Origin: Botryllus schlosseri
Taxonomy: Eukaryota
Direction of reading: 5' to 3'
DNA: 64,000 nucleotides
Assembly (NCBI GenBank): GCA_051294905.1
Contig: CM119371.1
Location: 16,618,001 to 16,682,000, forward strand
Part shown: piece after piece, positions 50,726 through 63,471 of the stretch
How the letters are laid out: the number at the start of each line of letters is the position of its first letter
How positions within the stretch are numbered: position 1 is the stretch's first letter
Notes under the pieces: model-generated
Told to the model about the DNA's origin: nothing
Seen by the model: only the letters and a program-made list of their open reading frames with translations
The model's database searches: none
Program-made: the position numbers and the translations under genes

Positions 50726-51335
50726 CTACAAAACGAACACACGAGTTCGAACAGAACAGGCAGTGTCACCGACATCCTTAGAAAACGGGAGGTATGCCAA
50801 ACCTTTATGCAGTGGTTGTTAACCTTAAATGAACTGGGAATACCTTACGCTAATCGGCGAGCCTTCGATGAGTCTCAAATACTTTGCTGATTCCGAAATA
50901 CGAAGATATGTCACATAGACCTGTTTATTTTACGATTTCTCCAAAAATAACAAAAATAGCTTGGTTTAGGAATTTTTCAAATTTTACTTTTGGAGAATCC
51001 CAAAAATACTAATACTACTATAAAACGTCACCAAAAGTATGTTATTATCATGTTTTCATGTCCTCCAACACATCGACATCATCTATGATATTGATCTAAT
51101 ACTTTTGTCATGAAGTCTTTGGCCTGGAAAATGCCATTCAAAGAAAAATCAGTAAGAGACGCCCGGTCGAGACCGTTCTCTCGCTTGAATTTCGAGAAAC
51201 CGGCCTCGACCATCGCAGTTGTGGGAAACATCGGGCCTATATGGGTCCAAAGAACTGCCGGATGACTTCAAACTCTCTTCAATCTTCCTTTGCTCCTGAC
51301 AAGCGCTCGTAAATAATGAGTCCGAAAGTGACGAC

Positions 51336-51530
51336 CAATGTTCCCTCTAGCTAGGCTGCGCACGTGCGCAAATGCGCATTGCTGACATGGTCTGCGCGCA
51401 GGAAATCTAAGTTGCGCACAAAAAATGAGAAGTGATGACCTTTTTTTAGTCGTTACGCACTGTTGTCTAAGGGTCTGCGCAGTAAGTTGGTGAGTGTGCG
51501 GAGACTCGTCAAAATTTACAGGGAACATTG
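51336..51530. mobile_element. hAT MITE, family of 2278-2451
   Basis: TIR caatgttccct/agggaacattg; TSD gtgacgac/gtgacgtc. Confidence 0.9.
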
Positions 51531-51927
51531 GTGACGTCCATTTTGTATCAGAGAGACATGGATTGGAATTGGTTTTCGATATTATGTATCTCCTCGGATG
51601 TATATAAACCACTTTATTTACAGCTCAGTGAATTGATCGACAAACACCAGGGTCGGCTGGCGATAAAGTGGACACCCGAGGAGATACATAATATATATAT
51701 ATATATATATATATATGAATCACTGTTGTTTATACTATTAGAATATGAAGAAGGAAGTTGCGTTTGTTGTGTCCTCTCCCCTAGTGCCCACGAAGTTGCA
51801 CCACTTGGTGTGGTAGACAGAGCGAGTCCTTTTCATCGTCTGCAACTTATTATTATTATATTTTCTTTATGACGTCGATGAGCCCTGCAATGAGGTTACC
51901 GGCTGCCACAAACGTGGACTGTTTCTC

Positions 51928-52512
51928 CTATTCATCGATGTTCCCGAGTAGGCTGAAGACTTCAAACCCCTGATCATCCACGAAGTGGCGTTCCTCGGGG
52001 AAGTTGACAGCCCAGCACCCTCTGACATTATCCCATTCCTCAGCTGGGAATAGAGCTCGAAGGCGTTCGACCAGGCGATGGAGCTCCTCCTGCTGCTCCA
52101 CGATCAGAAGGCCAAGTCCCTGAAGCTTCGTGACGGTTGTGCTCAGCTCTCCAGCTCTGTGACCGTGCGATCGAAGGCGATCACTCGGGTTCATCACTGC
52201 AGCGAAGGTGCACAGGCATAACCCTTCCCGTTCATAACCTCGAGGAGTGTGGTAAGGTGTCCCGTCAACCAAGTTGTCACCTTCTTCATTGACAACCAAC
52301 GGGTGTCAACTAGGGGCACGTACTTTACATCTCCTGGATCAAGTTCTGTTGCCGTCTGAGGTAGCCATTCAGTCCCATGATCGGGTGGACAAACTGATCG
52401 TCGTATAGAGATGACGGTATTCAGCCTGCGGTACAAGGCCTAATGGTGCATTTCGCCTGACACTGGGACGATTTCAACCGTGCCTCTTCTCCAACCCTTG
52501 TCGCCACGCCTA
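51928..52512 (-). pseudogene. GC-rich decayed hAT-like transposase fragment
   Basis: Frame-hopping reading GVATRVGEEA / SLYDDQFVHPIMGLNGYLRRQQNLIQEM*STCP / TRWLSMKKVTTWL / KLQGLGLL; TRW motif of hAT transposases. Confidence 0.65.
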
Positions 52513-52526
52513 TGATCCGTTTATTG

Positions 52527-53625
52527 CAGGGATGGCCAAACTTTTGAATTCGCGGGCTGCATTCAATGTATAAATCCATTGGCAGGCCGCACTAAACATG
52601 GCTATGATGATATCGTGCACGCGTCAGAAACAGTAGCGAGATTTCATAGGTCGGTCGACCTCAATAGCCAATTTGTCAAAACTATAGAGATGAAAGTTGG
52701 TTGTCCAAATTCTTAGAACAGGATTGAAATTTAAATCTGTGAGCAGCGATACGCTCATAGATTCACTTATTCCACTTTTGGATCAGTTCCAGGTCACACA
52801 ATCCAGACAGCATCATAACGATGTTAGCTTCAAACACGCTTCCACTATGTGTAGATAAAATATAAATACCCTAATTTTGCTCATTCAGAGAACGAGTCTA
52901 CCTAAGGTACGGGCGAATCGTTTTTAGAAGCACATCACTGAAATAATTAAAACTGGAGTGGCCAATCTGAAATCACACTAGTGATCCGAATTATATCCAT
53001 CTCGTTTATGATTTCTGTGATGTTTAGAAGTTGAAAACTTTCAAACTGCGGGGGCCTTGGGATCACATGTCGCGCCAGAAATTAAACATGAAAAATGATA
53101 TAAAAAGTATTTACCTTAGAACAGTGGTTCTCAAACTTTTTAAGATATGCCCCCCAACCCCTTATGAGGGTAAAAGAGTTCGCACCCACCTTATCGTCAT
53201 ATCACAGACCGCAACCAGGATGCTAGCAAACCTAACGGATAGGTATATGGCATGGAAGGTCACGACTGTGAATGATAGATTTTTAAATATGAAATTCAGG
53301 CTAAAAATACAGAGCAAGACGTATGAATGGGGTATAGATCGCGCGAAGCGAACATCTTTTTTCCAGTTGAGCTCAGCTTTGCACCCATCTTCAGATTCTG
53401 TCACCCACCATCCCAAGGGGGTGCGTTCCCAGTTTGGGAACCACTGCCATATAGTTATCATGGTGAAATATACTAAGAAAAAGTTTAATCATATCCTAGC
53501 ATTAATTCGATTTTTAGTACGCATCTTATCAATATTTTTAATAAGTTTCGTTAGACTCTCGCGGACCGCACAGAACGGTGAAGTGGGCCGCATGCGGCCC
53601 GCGGGCCGTAGTTTGGTCACCCCTG
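52527..53625. mobile_element. hAT MITE with nested MITE at 53122-53446
   Basis: Ends cagggatggccaaac/gtttggtcacccctg; TSD gtttattg/atttagtg. Confidence 0.82.
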
Positions 53626-54392
53626 ATTTAGTGAGTGGAAGTACTTTTAGCGTTACGGAGACCCCTCACTCACACACATGCTGTTTTTTTGTGTGTGTGT
53701 TTATGAGTTTTAAGGTTGTTTCAAAAGTATTTACACTGCCCTGAGTCGTTTATTTCACGTAAAAACATGATAAAACACCATCTGAAAAATCTTAATTTTG
53801 GATGTTTTCAAATCTTATTTTTGAAGAATCTCCAAAAATAAAGCATAACATCCAAAAATAAACAGGCCTGTCATAACACATTGAGCCACCCATCTAATAC
53901 ATTGCAGTATTATAATCAGCATGGAGTAGGGATGGACAACAGTGCACGAAAAGAATGTTGAAAGAAAATAACCAAGTAAGAACCAACCATTGGGTATCGA
54001 GTTCGAGTTCAAGTGTGTTTGGATGGTCTAAAATTCCCGATGTAGTCGGATCGCCATGAATTTCAACAACAACAACAACAACAACAACAGCAAAAAGAAC
54101 AATAACAATAAAATATGATTTTTACACGAAACAAAAACATTGTTATCAATATTAGTTGCAAACCGTTGTGACTATTTAGTTTACGATGCCATAGTTTGAA
54201 ATGCAAAGTATTCGCCGTAAATGTGCCCTCGTATAGTCTATATCTGATATGGAAATGGCCACATAATTATTTTCAATTGAATATTACTTTACCTGACTAG
54301 CCATAGTGACTATAGTTTGATCACTTTTTTTGTATAGCTCAAACGCGCTCAAGCGCAATAACTGTAGCTATAGCTGAAACTAAGTTGCTTAC

Positions 54393-54548
54393 CGCAACGG
54401 TGTACGTCATATTGGAATCCGACAGCTCGACGGATCCTATTTCAAATGCAATTGCACCTGTTTCTTCCGAGTGAGAACACCTAGCAAGCAGATGCGACAG
54501 TCTTTCAGCATCTTCACGCATATCGCCCGCAATTTTCAAGTTTGCTAT
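54393..54548 (-). CDS. Phase-0 repeat exon (IANLKIAGDMREDAERLSHLLARC...)
   Basis: cactcag/gtaagc boundaries, 156 nt open. Confidence 0.72.
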
Positions 54549-55404
54549 CTGAGTGAATAAACAGTGAACACCGCTCATATTTATACTAATACCAGAAAGA
54601 TTTGACGAGAGTTACGCAAGAGTGTTGTTACAACAACCATCACTTACAATTTGATGGTAAAGTTCATGCGTTCACCCGACCAGCAACTTTTCGATTCTAC
54701 TCACTTGATCATCATTTGGCTCAAATCTACTATTACACTTGTATTTTCTTTTATCTCAATAGCATGAAAATTGGCTACTTCTAATTGCCAGCGCATATAA
54801 TTTCAAGAGAATCACTTCTGCTTCTACTTGATAACTAATGTTGACTAAGGTGACCGCCTCTGATTATAAATGACTATTCACGAACATTCAAGTTGTCGCA
54901 AAAGCTGTTCAAGAGATTTTTGCAAATTCATGGAATTTCAAGTATGAAATTTGCAAGTTTTCTCTAGGCTACCGTTGGTAGTAGGCCAAGGTATTGATGT
55001 TATATTGTATAATTCTAAGAGTTATTCCAAACGCATGTGTTAGCTACGATGTGACGAAAGCCGTTTAAGAGATATCGGCAGATACGTGAAATTTTGGGTA
55101 TGGATTTTTCTAATTTTCAACTTTTCCCCAGGCTCGCGAGGGCCGGAGTTGTTTGACAAGGTAATGGTATCACATAGTGTAACTCCAAGAGTCCCCAAAC
55201 GTGCGTATTGTGTACATAGGCACTTGACGTGCCACGCACGGTTTAAATATCGATCCATTTTTACTGTATCATTAAATACAGAGGTGCGCAAACTTTTTGC
55301 TCATCACGGCCGCATTTACATTACTTCTGTAGCCTACGGCCGCATTCCAGGGCATAGCCGTAATAAACCCACTGGACGCAAATTACCTATGCTAACCTGT
55401 CCAT

Positions 55405-55762
55405 TAGGGCTGTTCAAAAATAATCTTTTTTCCCGGATTCCAGCCATTCACTGATAAAATTGTCAGGTTACCCTAAAGAACGCTGCACACCAAATTTGGT
55501 TCGATTCTAACAAGTATAGGACTCCGCAGATCCAATTAAAATTTTTAATTTAATATGGAAAATTGAAAATAAAATTTTCCAAATTTTTCTGCCAACCCCA
55601 TGAAATTGTTGAGCTGTCTTTAAAGACGTTGCAAAACAAATTTGAGTCAATTCCGACCAGTAGAAGCGGAGTTATGTGAGTTTTTCGTTGATAAATCGCG
55701 GATTATCACCGATCAAGGATAATCCGAGAATTCTCATCGAAAAACTCACATAACTCCGCTTC
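55405..55762. mobile_element. Truncated copy of the TAGGGCTG foldback MITE (left arm, centre and about 50 bp of the right arm)
   Basis: Colinear with 4856-5215; stops at taactccgcttc against NACHT coding sequence. Confidence 0.9.
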
Positions 55763-56448
55763 CATGACATATGTCAATTTCCAAAGCCATTGAGGCGTTG
55801 TTGTACACATTACCCACATACCTCCGTATATATCGCCTCGAAGAAGGTTGATTAATATGGAAATGGGCTGTACTTTTTTGTCCAATGTTATGGTTGGAGT
55901 AATACTTGATTGACTTTCGGAGATGTCAATACCGTCGATGATCACTAAGACTTCAGATGGATTCTCGGCCATCCATTTCTCAAGCGGTTTTGAGGCTTTT
56001 GCGCTTGTGAAGATGCTAGCGAATCGATCTTTGAATAATAGTTCGAAAGGTCTGCATTTTCTTCTCCATTCTATGTATTTTGCTTCGATGAACACGATGA
56101 CTTTGACATCGGATGGCCCGATAATCTCACCTCTCATTGCGCGATTTGTATACTTTATTGCACTGGTGGTTTTTCCTTCTCCTGGTCCGCCAACAACTAG
56201 GACTGTTTTGGATGTTTGGTTATTCGGGCATTGATGTATTGTCCCCAGCGACACTGCGTTGAATAATTCCCTTTCTTTCTGATTAGCCCTGTTCCCCATA
56301 CTTTTCATCCATTTCCCAAGCGCCAAGCGTTGATAACCGGTGTCGTACTCACTCTTAAGTAGTGTTAGATCCACCTCTGAATGGTCGTTCTGCTCTTTAA
56401 GTTTTTCAACTTTCATTTTCGTCTCTTCGTTGATCTGATACGCGAGAC
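55763..56448 (-). CDS. NACHT (STAND NTPase) exon, 3'-truncated
   Basis: Walker A VLVVGGPGEGKTT, Walker B VLVIIDGID, LINLLRGDI, sensor-1-like MCTTTP; phase-1 acceptor aaaacag at 56449-56455. Confidence 0.88.
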
Positions 56449-56709
56449 CTGTTTTGCCACGATATATTTTGAGGGTCGTTCATAAGGCTTACAGAGGGGC
56501 GACCCAAATCTGCTAACACACTCAACGGAACCATAAACATGTCACGGTTTTCAAGTAAGGCTACATTATAATGTTGCAATATAATATGATGTACCTAACT
56601 AGGGCTACCATATTTTGGCGACTCAAATTACGGATATATTTTGGCGCCCACTAGCGGCTCGTAAAATGCATATAGTATGCTACTACAACGTCACAAAGCA
56701 GAGTTTTGC

Positions 56710-58689
56710 CTATAAACCAGAGCTGGGCAGGATCTGAATCAGGATCGTGTGAGTTGTACCCAGGACCGAAACCCCATACTTTCAGCTCCTCCCGCCCAAA
56801 TGAACACTGATCTTGGGCCCACCATGGGGTAATCCACGCAAGTTCTGGAGGGCTTGCTATATGAATCTGGTTTCTTTCTATATGCACCTAAACGTTTAAT
56901 TAGATGAATGAATTTTGTCAGTAATATTGGTGCTATCATTTATTACTATATAGCTCTACTCCTCTCACCGCCTATATCATTAACATTAGAATTAGCGGTA
57001 GCGCTGGTGGAGGATGATGACTTCGAATATTGAGGGAGAGTAATTGTCCATAGTTAAGTCATGCTCATGTCACACCGATAAGAATATTCATCAGTCTACT
57101 GCTTGTGCGCACTCCGGAGCGACATAAACACCACACTTCCAGTGGTTTCCAACCGTTTATGGTCGCGACTCCATGTCCAATTTGAAATTGTTCCGTGGCT
57201 CAAAATTTGATAAGCTGATTACTTGAAAAAGGGTCAGCACCTTTGCCCAGACTTACTCGCAGCCTATTTCGGAAGCTCACCCTGGTGCATTAGGGCGATA
57301 ATATTATATTTCAACTATACCAACAAGCCTGGATGTAGTTCAAGAAATAACAGCATGCAACAAATTGATCAATAATAATTGGCCCACCCAAACATGCATC
57401 ATCTCTTATCTGATCACGTGGTCTAACAAAGGATAAAGTTTAAGAGAAGAAATGAAGATATGAAACTACTAATATGATGACGAAATTCATCAATGAATAT
57501 AAGAAAACGTTCGCATTACGTCTCCACTCGCGATTCCGTAGCTTATAGTAATGCGACGTAAAAGGAATATATATCAGTCCGGAGTTCACCGGAAATGAAA
57601 AGTTTAACATGGTATTTGGCGTTCAGCTAGTTCATTACGACTATGTCCTGGAGTGCGGCCGTAGGCTACAGTATTAATCGAAATGAGGCCGTGGATAGTC
57701 AAATAGGTTGGCCACCCCAGTCTCTGCAACTGTTAAATTAATTAGCTTGTGGTTAAAATACCTTCGTTGTTATAAGCACTATAACAGGATCTTATATAAA
57801 TCAATGAAAATAATAATAAACAATCTCACAAAGTCTAACCAAAAGTTTAAAATTTTTGAATGTACATTTCCACGGTTCTAGGTCATAATAAATCAGACAA
57901 TCCTAGTTCCAACCCAAATTTAGTGTTACAGAGTGAAATGAGCAATTCCGCGATGACTCGAGTGTTTGATAGAGATGAGAGTCTGGGAGCCGACGGCCGG
58001 AGTTTATTCTCATAGGATCTTAGAAGGTCGAAATGGATCATATGTAATTCACTGATTATAGATTCAAGCGTTATACATTGCCAGTCCAACAAATCGACAT
58101 TTTTGGAATCATAACTATGAATATCGGCCCAGTGGGAAATGATCATACTAGACGTAATATCATGGATGCCGAAAGCATCAACATTATTGCTATTTTGAGC
58201 TTAATCCACCGTATTCACAACAGATCATAATCAAGAATATCTGTATTGTGTAAAATGACCAATGCAGCAGAACGCCATGAAAACTAATACAACAATAACA
58301 ACCCTACCGTGTGGGTTCGATCGAACCAATTTTCCGTAGTCTAAATTCGAGTCCAGACAATGGTGATTGTGATGTAGTTATATCGCCATTTGGAGTAGTG
58401 ACACTTTATTGCTAAATATCACTGCGATCGCACTCTATACTCCGTACTATTTTTGCGTATAAAGATCGGAAAATATTAGCCTCACAAGTTACCTTTGACA
58501 CCCGAAGGTGCTTTCCAATTGGCATCTGGGTCGGGCTTTTCTCTTTGTATTGGTTGTTCTATTTATATCGGATGTGTGCAAAGGTTATTTATTTAAAGAA
58601 AAGGCTATATAGAGTATTACCTGGTTCCCCCGATCGTTCGATTTGATTCATAGGGCTTCGCGGCGGAACAGAAATTGCGACTTCAATTG
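56710..58689 (-). CDS. Candidate upstream exons of the NLR-like gene: 58621-58689, 58493-58558 (phase 1-1) and 56710-56887 (phase 0-1, GC donor)
   Basis: Open frames with splice-like boundaries; the phase of 56710-56887 fits the NACHT acceptor. Confidence 0.45.
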
Positions 58690-61600
58690 CTGGGAAGATA
58701 TTCATATTTAGATTAGACCTTCCTAAGAGGTAAGTAATTGAATTATAATCATTGAATAAAAAAACATCACATTCTAGATGTTAGGGCTGATGCTGTGGCG
58801 CTATTGGTGGAAGGCGGTTCCTACTCTAGCCTACTTCACAATAGAGTTACCTAGTCGTTCTCAAACTTTTTGTGGTCGTGCCTCGATTTCCGATGTGAAC
58901 AGAGGCCCTGCAGTCATTACTTTAAAATCGGTTGCTTGGACTCGTCTATCGTAGCTCATTGTCTTTAGTCATTACATTGTGGCGCCATAATCTTTCGAAA
59001 CAATGGCCCTTTCCTAATTTTGGGGCGATCTTGGTGGGGGCAGTAGTGCCCTGTCCAGATTTTATTTGATATTTTGGGAATCGACTCTAGCTCTCGTGCA
59101 AGACCTTTTCAAAGGAATGATCAGATTCAGCTATAAAATTATCGCATGAGTTTACAAAGGGACTCGAAACTGCTGTTATTATGCTGTTGAACAGCTGCAC
59201 AGTCATGTGTTTGGAATCTATCCATAGGCTAGTAGTAATCTCTGCTCCTACATAACAGCTAAAAAGCCATCGTTAGAAACCATGACCCTTCATGCTAAAT
59301 ATTCAAGTTTTGCAAGTATGACCTTATTCAAAACAAATTGCTGAATGTGTTCAAATGACTTCGTGGCCCATCGAAATTGTCATGGTGGCCGAGTACTGGG
59401 CCTTGACCAAAAGTTCGTGAAACATTTTCTTAAACGAGCAAGGAATTCCTATTCAAATGATGCTACCAAAATGATATCAAATTCAATCAATCCAAAACTC
59501 GTTTCAATTTGGTAACGTCATCCATGTATTTGACATGGTCTTTCTCGTGAGAATACTTCGGAGATACACTACTTCGCAGAAATACTACATGGACAGGACT
59601 CGCGTGTCGTACTTCAATCCCCAATAGGGGTTTTACGTCTTGAGGTGATTTCGGATTCCCTTTCTGCGTTCGTATATTCTAGATTTCGTCAAATCTCATT
59701 TTGTATATTCGCATGATTTGCATGCTGCTCAAATTCAGCACGACAGATGAGTGATGCATACCCCATGAACATTGAACACCTTATCTCAGAATATAGCTCC
59801 TAAATTTACACTAACACTGCAAGCGTGAATAGTATACTACAGCAATTTACACCATAGCACAATGTGCAATTTAGGTAATTGGGTGTTCCTGGAATACGAA
59901 ATTTCACCTACACATTCGTTCCAATGAGGGCAATCGACTGAAATAAACTAGGTTTATTGAGATAGATTTCGAATATATACCACAATAAGAAGGAGCAACA
60001 AATTGGCATACTTAAATAGGACCATATACACCCCTGCTATATATCCATAAGTATTTGTGTTGGTACCGGTACGTGCCGATAACTTTGTATGCAAGCCTTC
60101 CTCATGCTATTGTAAAAAATCTAGTAAATTCCCTATTTTCCATCCATGTATTTACAGCAGAAACGTGAGACATTCTTCTACCTGTCCATAGGATCAGCCC
60201 TAATTACTTTATCCAGACCTCCTAACAGACCAAATCGAGATCTAACGGTTGTAATGGTGCATGGAATACATTTGCTCATGGAGATTTTGTGTACCACTGT
60301 ACCTGGTTGGCATGAAGTTGAAGACACGGTCACGGGGCTTGCGGTATTTTCAACGAACGCCCTCTGTTGCTGAAACAGAACGGTATAATAGGTTTAATGA
60401 TTACCGAATGTTTTGTATTATTTAGATCCGCCAACAGATCATCTTAGGCCAGTATTTACGGGAGTTATTTACTTAATATTCTTGGGCCGTAATCAAGTTT
60501 CCCACTCCCGACGAAAAGTCGTTGGGTTCATTGCAGAGTCACTACCATCTCGCATCGGCTTTTGCAGTGAACTAATTTATTGGCAGCCCGATACATCATT
60601 TATATTATTATAATCTGTCAGAGTCACATTCTTGTACGAATTTTAGGACAGACATAATCAGTAAAAAATCGAAAAAGGCAATATATCTAACTAATCGGTG
60701 TGCTTTGTTTTGGTGCGAAATGAGCTTGAAACTTCACCGTTCTCGTTGTACACAGGGCTTTGGAGCCGGAGCCGGAGCAAGTTATTTGAGGGGTAGCTCC
60801 GGCTCCGACGTATTTCATAAGATGCTATTGCAACAACCATATCTGCTGAGTTCAGAATTCAACAGCAGGCCTTCGCGAAATTAAGAATCTTTTCCTCTTT
60901 AGCGCTACCTTTTCCGACTGACCATGTTCCTAGGGACTTAACAGCAGAGCAGCCATATGTTCAATGTTCAATTTTCATACATAAGTGTCGAACCTCGGTA
61001 TGCTAAATATGCCTGTGAATATTGTGGGTATTCGGCATACCCGCAATTTCATCATCAGCAAAACCTTGTTGGCCAATTGTACGGTCCAAAAATAATGATC
61101 ATCATGTATTATGCGAAATGGGAGAGAGGATAAAAACCTGATTTCGTTGCACATGTGGATGTTACGAGCACGAGCCGAGAAATTCCATCTCATCGTTGCT
61201 ATGAATCGGATCAACACATACTCGTTCTTTCGTTATCGTTCTTTAATCAGGCCGCGAAATTGGACAGTGTTATTGTGTATGCAATTATGCATGCGAATTG
61301 GAATTCATTACTGCGCATGATCGTCATTCACTTCAGTGAGGATTTTCGAGCGTAAATAGGGGATGGCAGAAGAGTAGCCCAAAACGCCGTTACACTCAGC
61401 AAACAATTGTCGGGGTGCGAGCTACTCAATGCGATGATGGGAGCCGATGGTATTTTATGTTGGAGACTAATGACGGATTTGATACGCGATTTCCAATTTG
61501 TAATCATCTGTTTCGTAAATTCATTCTTGATCTCTGCTTGATACTTTAGTATTCTCGGATTATCGCGCACTGTGACTTGTACATGTGCATTGTGCAATGT

Positions 61601-61754
61601 GCATACTGCATAGTTTAATTCGTTATGGGCATGGCGAAATGTGCATGGCGCACCGTTTAATTCGATTCGTTTAAGCGGGAAAATATTATATTCCGATAAG
61701 CTTGATCGACACCGTATGAACTGGTAACGAGTGCACCAATACCGAACGTCAAAC

Positions 61755-62380
61755 CATAGTGTCCTATATGGTGTCGACACGGGCAAATCTCACGCCTCAG
61801 TGAAATTGTATCACGTCACAATTTCCATTTGGCTACAGGCAATTTGATGGTTATTTTTGACCGGCTTGCCGAGCATTAAATTTAGTAAAACGGGTATCAA
61901 TCGAAAGCTGACTCTCCACTGATTACGAAAATATAAATTTTATTCCGCTCGTGTCCCTGGAACTCCCACAATCAGCCTCGAATTTTTCATTGTTATGGAG
62001 ATTGGCATTGTGACGCAACATTGGTATCTGGCTATTTTTCTCTTGAGCTACTCTCTCGTTTCCCCAGACAGCATTGTTACGTCTGAGCTACTCTCTCGTT
62101 TCGCCAGACAGCATTGTTGCGTCTCAATGCCAATCTCCATAACAATGAAAAATTCGAGGCTGATTGTGGGAGTTCCAGGGCCACGAGCGGAATAAAATTT
62201 ATATTTTCGTAATCAATGGAGAGTCAGCTTTCGATTGATACCTGTTTTACCAAATTTAATGCTCGGCAAGCCGGTCAAAAATGACCGTCAAATTGCCTGT
62301 AGCCAAATAGAAATTGTGACGTGATACAATTTTACTGAGGCGTGAGATTTGCCTGTGTCGACACCACATAGGACACTATG
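61755..62380. mobile_element. 626-bp foldback MITE, P-element/Galileo-type ends
   Basis: catagtgtcctat...ataggacactatg, arms of about 270 bp; 7-bp TSD gtcaaac/gtccaac. Confidence 0.82.
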
Positions 62381-62777
62381 GTCCAACCATTGGCCATTTG
62401 AACAGTTTGGTACAAAGCGAATTTCTATTGATGAGGTCGTGATATCCGTCCATATTGCTCTTACTACAGTTACAGTTGAATAATAATCGCACATTTAAAG
62501 ATTGAATTGAGCTGTATGGCTTAATGTTAACGAGTGCAGTGCCAGTGTTAAAACACCGCGTCAGAATTTTATTGCTGTACACAGCAATGGCATGGAGTAA
62601 AGTGCGTTCTAGTGAAACTATTATGTTATCGACAATTGACAAGTATTCATAATGACGTCACAAGCCGGCACGGTGGCACCTATGTCTTCGTTGCTGCATT
62701 CGATGTTACTGGCGGCTGACATACTCTTGATTACTATAGATAACTAACCTACGGGTAAATTAGTAATCTATATAGAC

Positions 62778-63471
62778 CAGGGGGCCAACCTTTTCGGCTA
62801 AAGGACCACATGAAATCGACGAACGAGTGTGCTTCCCACTAGCCACGCCATCAGGCGCGTAAAAATTTCAAAGTATATATTATTATTACTTGGGTATATC
62901 GCGGGTCGACTGTATACCGCTTGCTGGGCTCAGTTTGCAAGGACAGGACTATTCGGCATCTGGACATATCGATATCGAAGATTTCCGCTAATATACGACA
63001 ATGATTTTTTGCCTCCATTTCATCGTCGACGATCTTTCTGCGAGCGCAAACGCGAAAAGACTTTTCCTCGTAATTGCGAATATATAGTTAGACTCAATCT
63101 GCTGAATCATGCGTTTTTTCTATTTTCAGGAGGCGGTAGGCTCCAAAGAAAGAAATCGTGGGACAATTAAACACGCGAAGAAAAATTTTACTACTTTTTT
63201 AGTTTATTGTAAAGTAAAACGATTTACTAAAAATGTGACTGGACCCTGGATCTGCCAATGCGTCGTAACTGATATTTTAGTCATCAACATCCCAAGTGTC
63301 GCGGCCAGACAAATCCTATTTTTGGTTGGCCTTGCAAGCTCACCATCTGAGAAATTCAATTTCGATAATATAATATAATTTCGATAATATAATGGTAAGT
63401 TAGCTCGCGGGCTACTCAAAACCTTCTCGCGGGCCACATATGACCCGGAGGCCGCGGGTTACCCACCCCTG
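62778..63471. mobile_element. hAT MITE, homologue of 785-1651
   Basis: Ends caggggg.ccaacc/cacccctg; TSD atatagac/aaatagac. Confidence 0.85.

Larger units (their letters stand above)
50916..53870 (-). mobile_element. Probable hAT element containing a transposase fragment and nested MITEs
   Basis: Inverted ends tagacctgtttatttt/aaaataaacaggcctg with ccaaaaata subterminal repeats; TSD poorly preserved. Confidence 0.55.
33123..58689 (-). pseudogene. Multi-exon NLR-like gene (NACHT plus long divergent LRR-like repeat region), probably pseudogenised
   Basis: NACHT exon plus at least 14 open AG/GT-bounded phase-0 exons, a terminal exon and a polyA signal; the NACHT exon is truncated and several intervening exon candidates have stops or frameshifts; single-gene connectivity is inferred. 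Confidence 0.7.

Noticed and set aside
53031..53744. 237-aa plus-strand ORF
   Set aside because: Runs across nested MITE boundaries, has no recognisable motif; chance ORF
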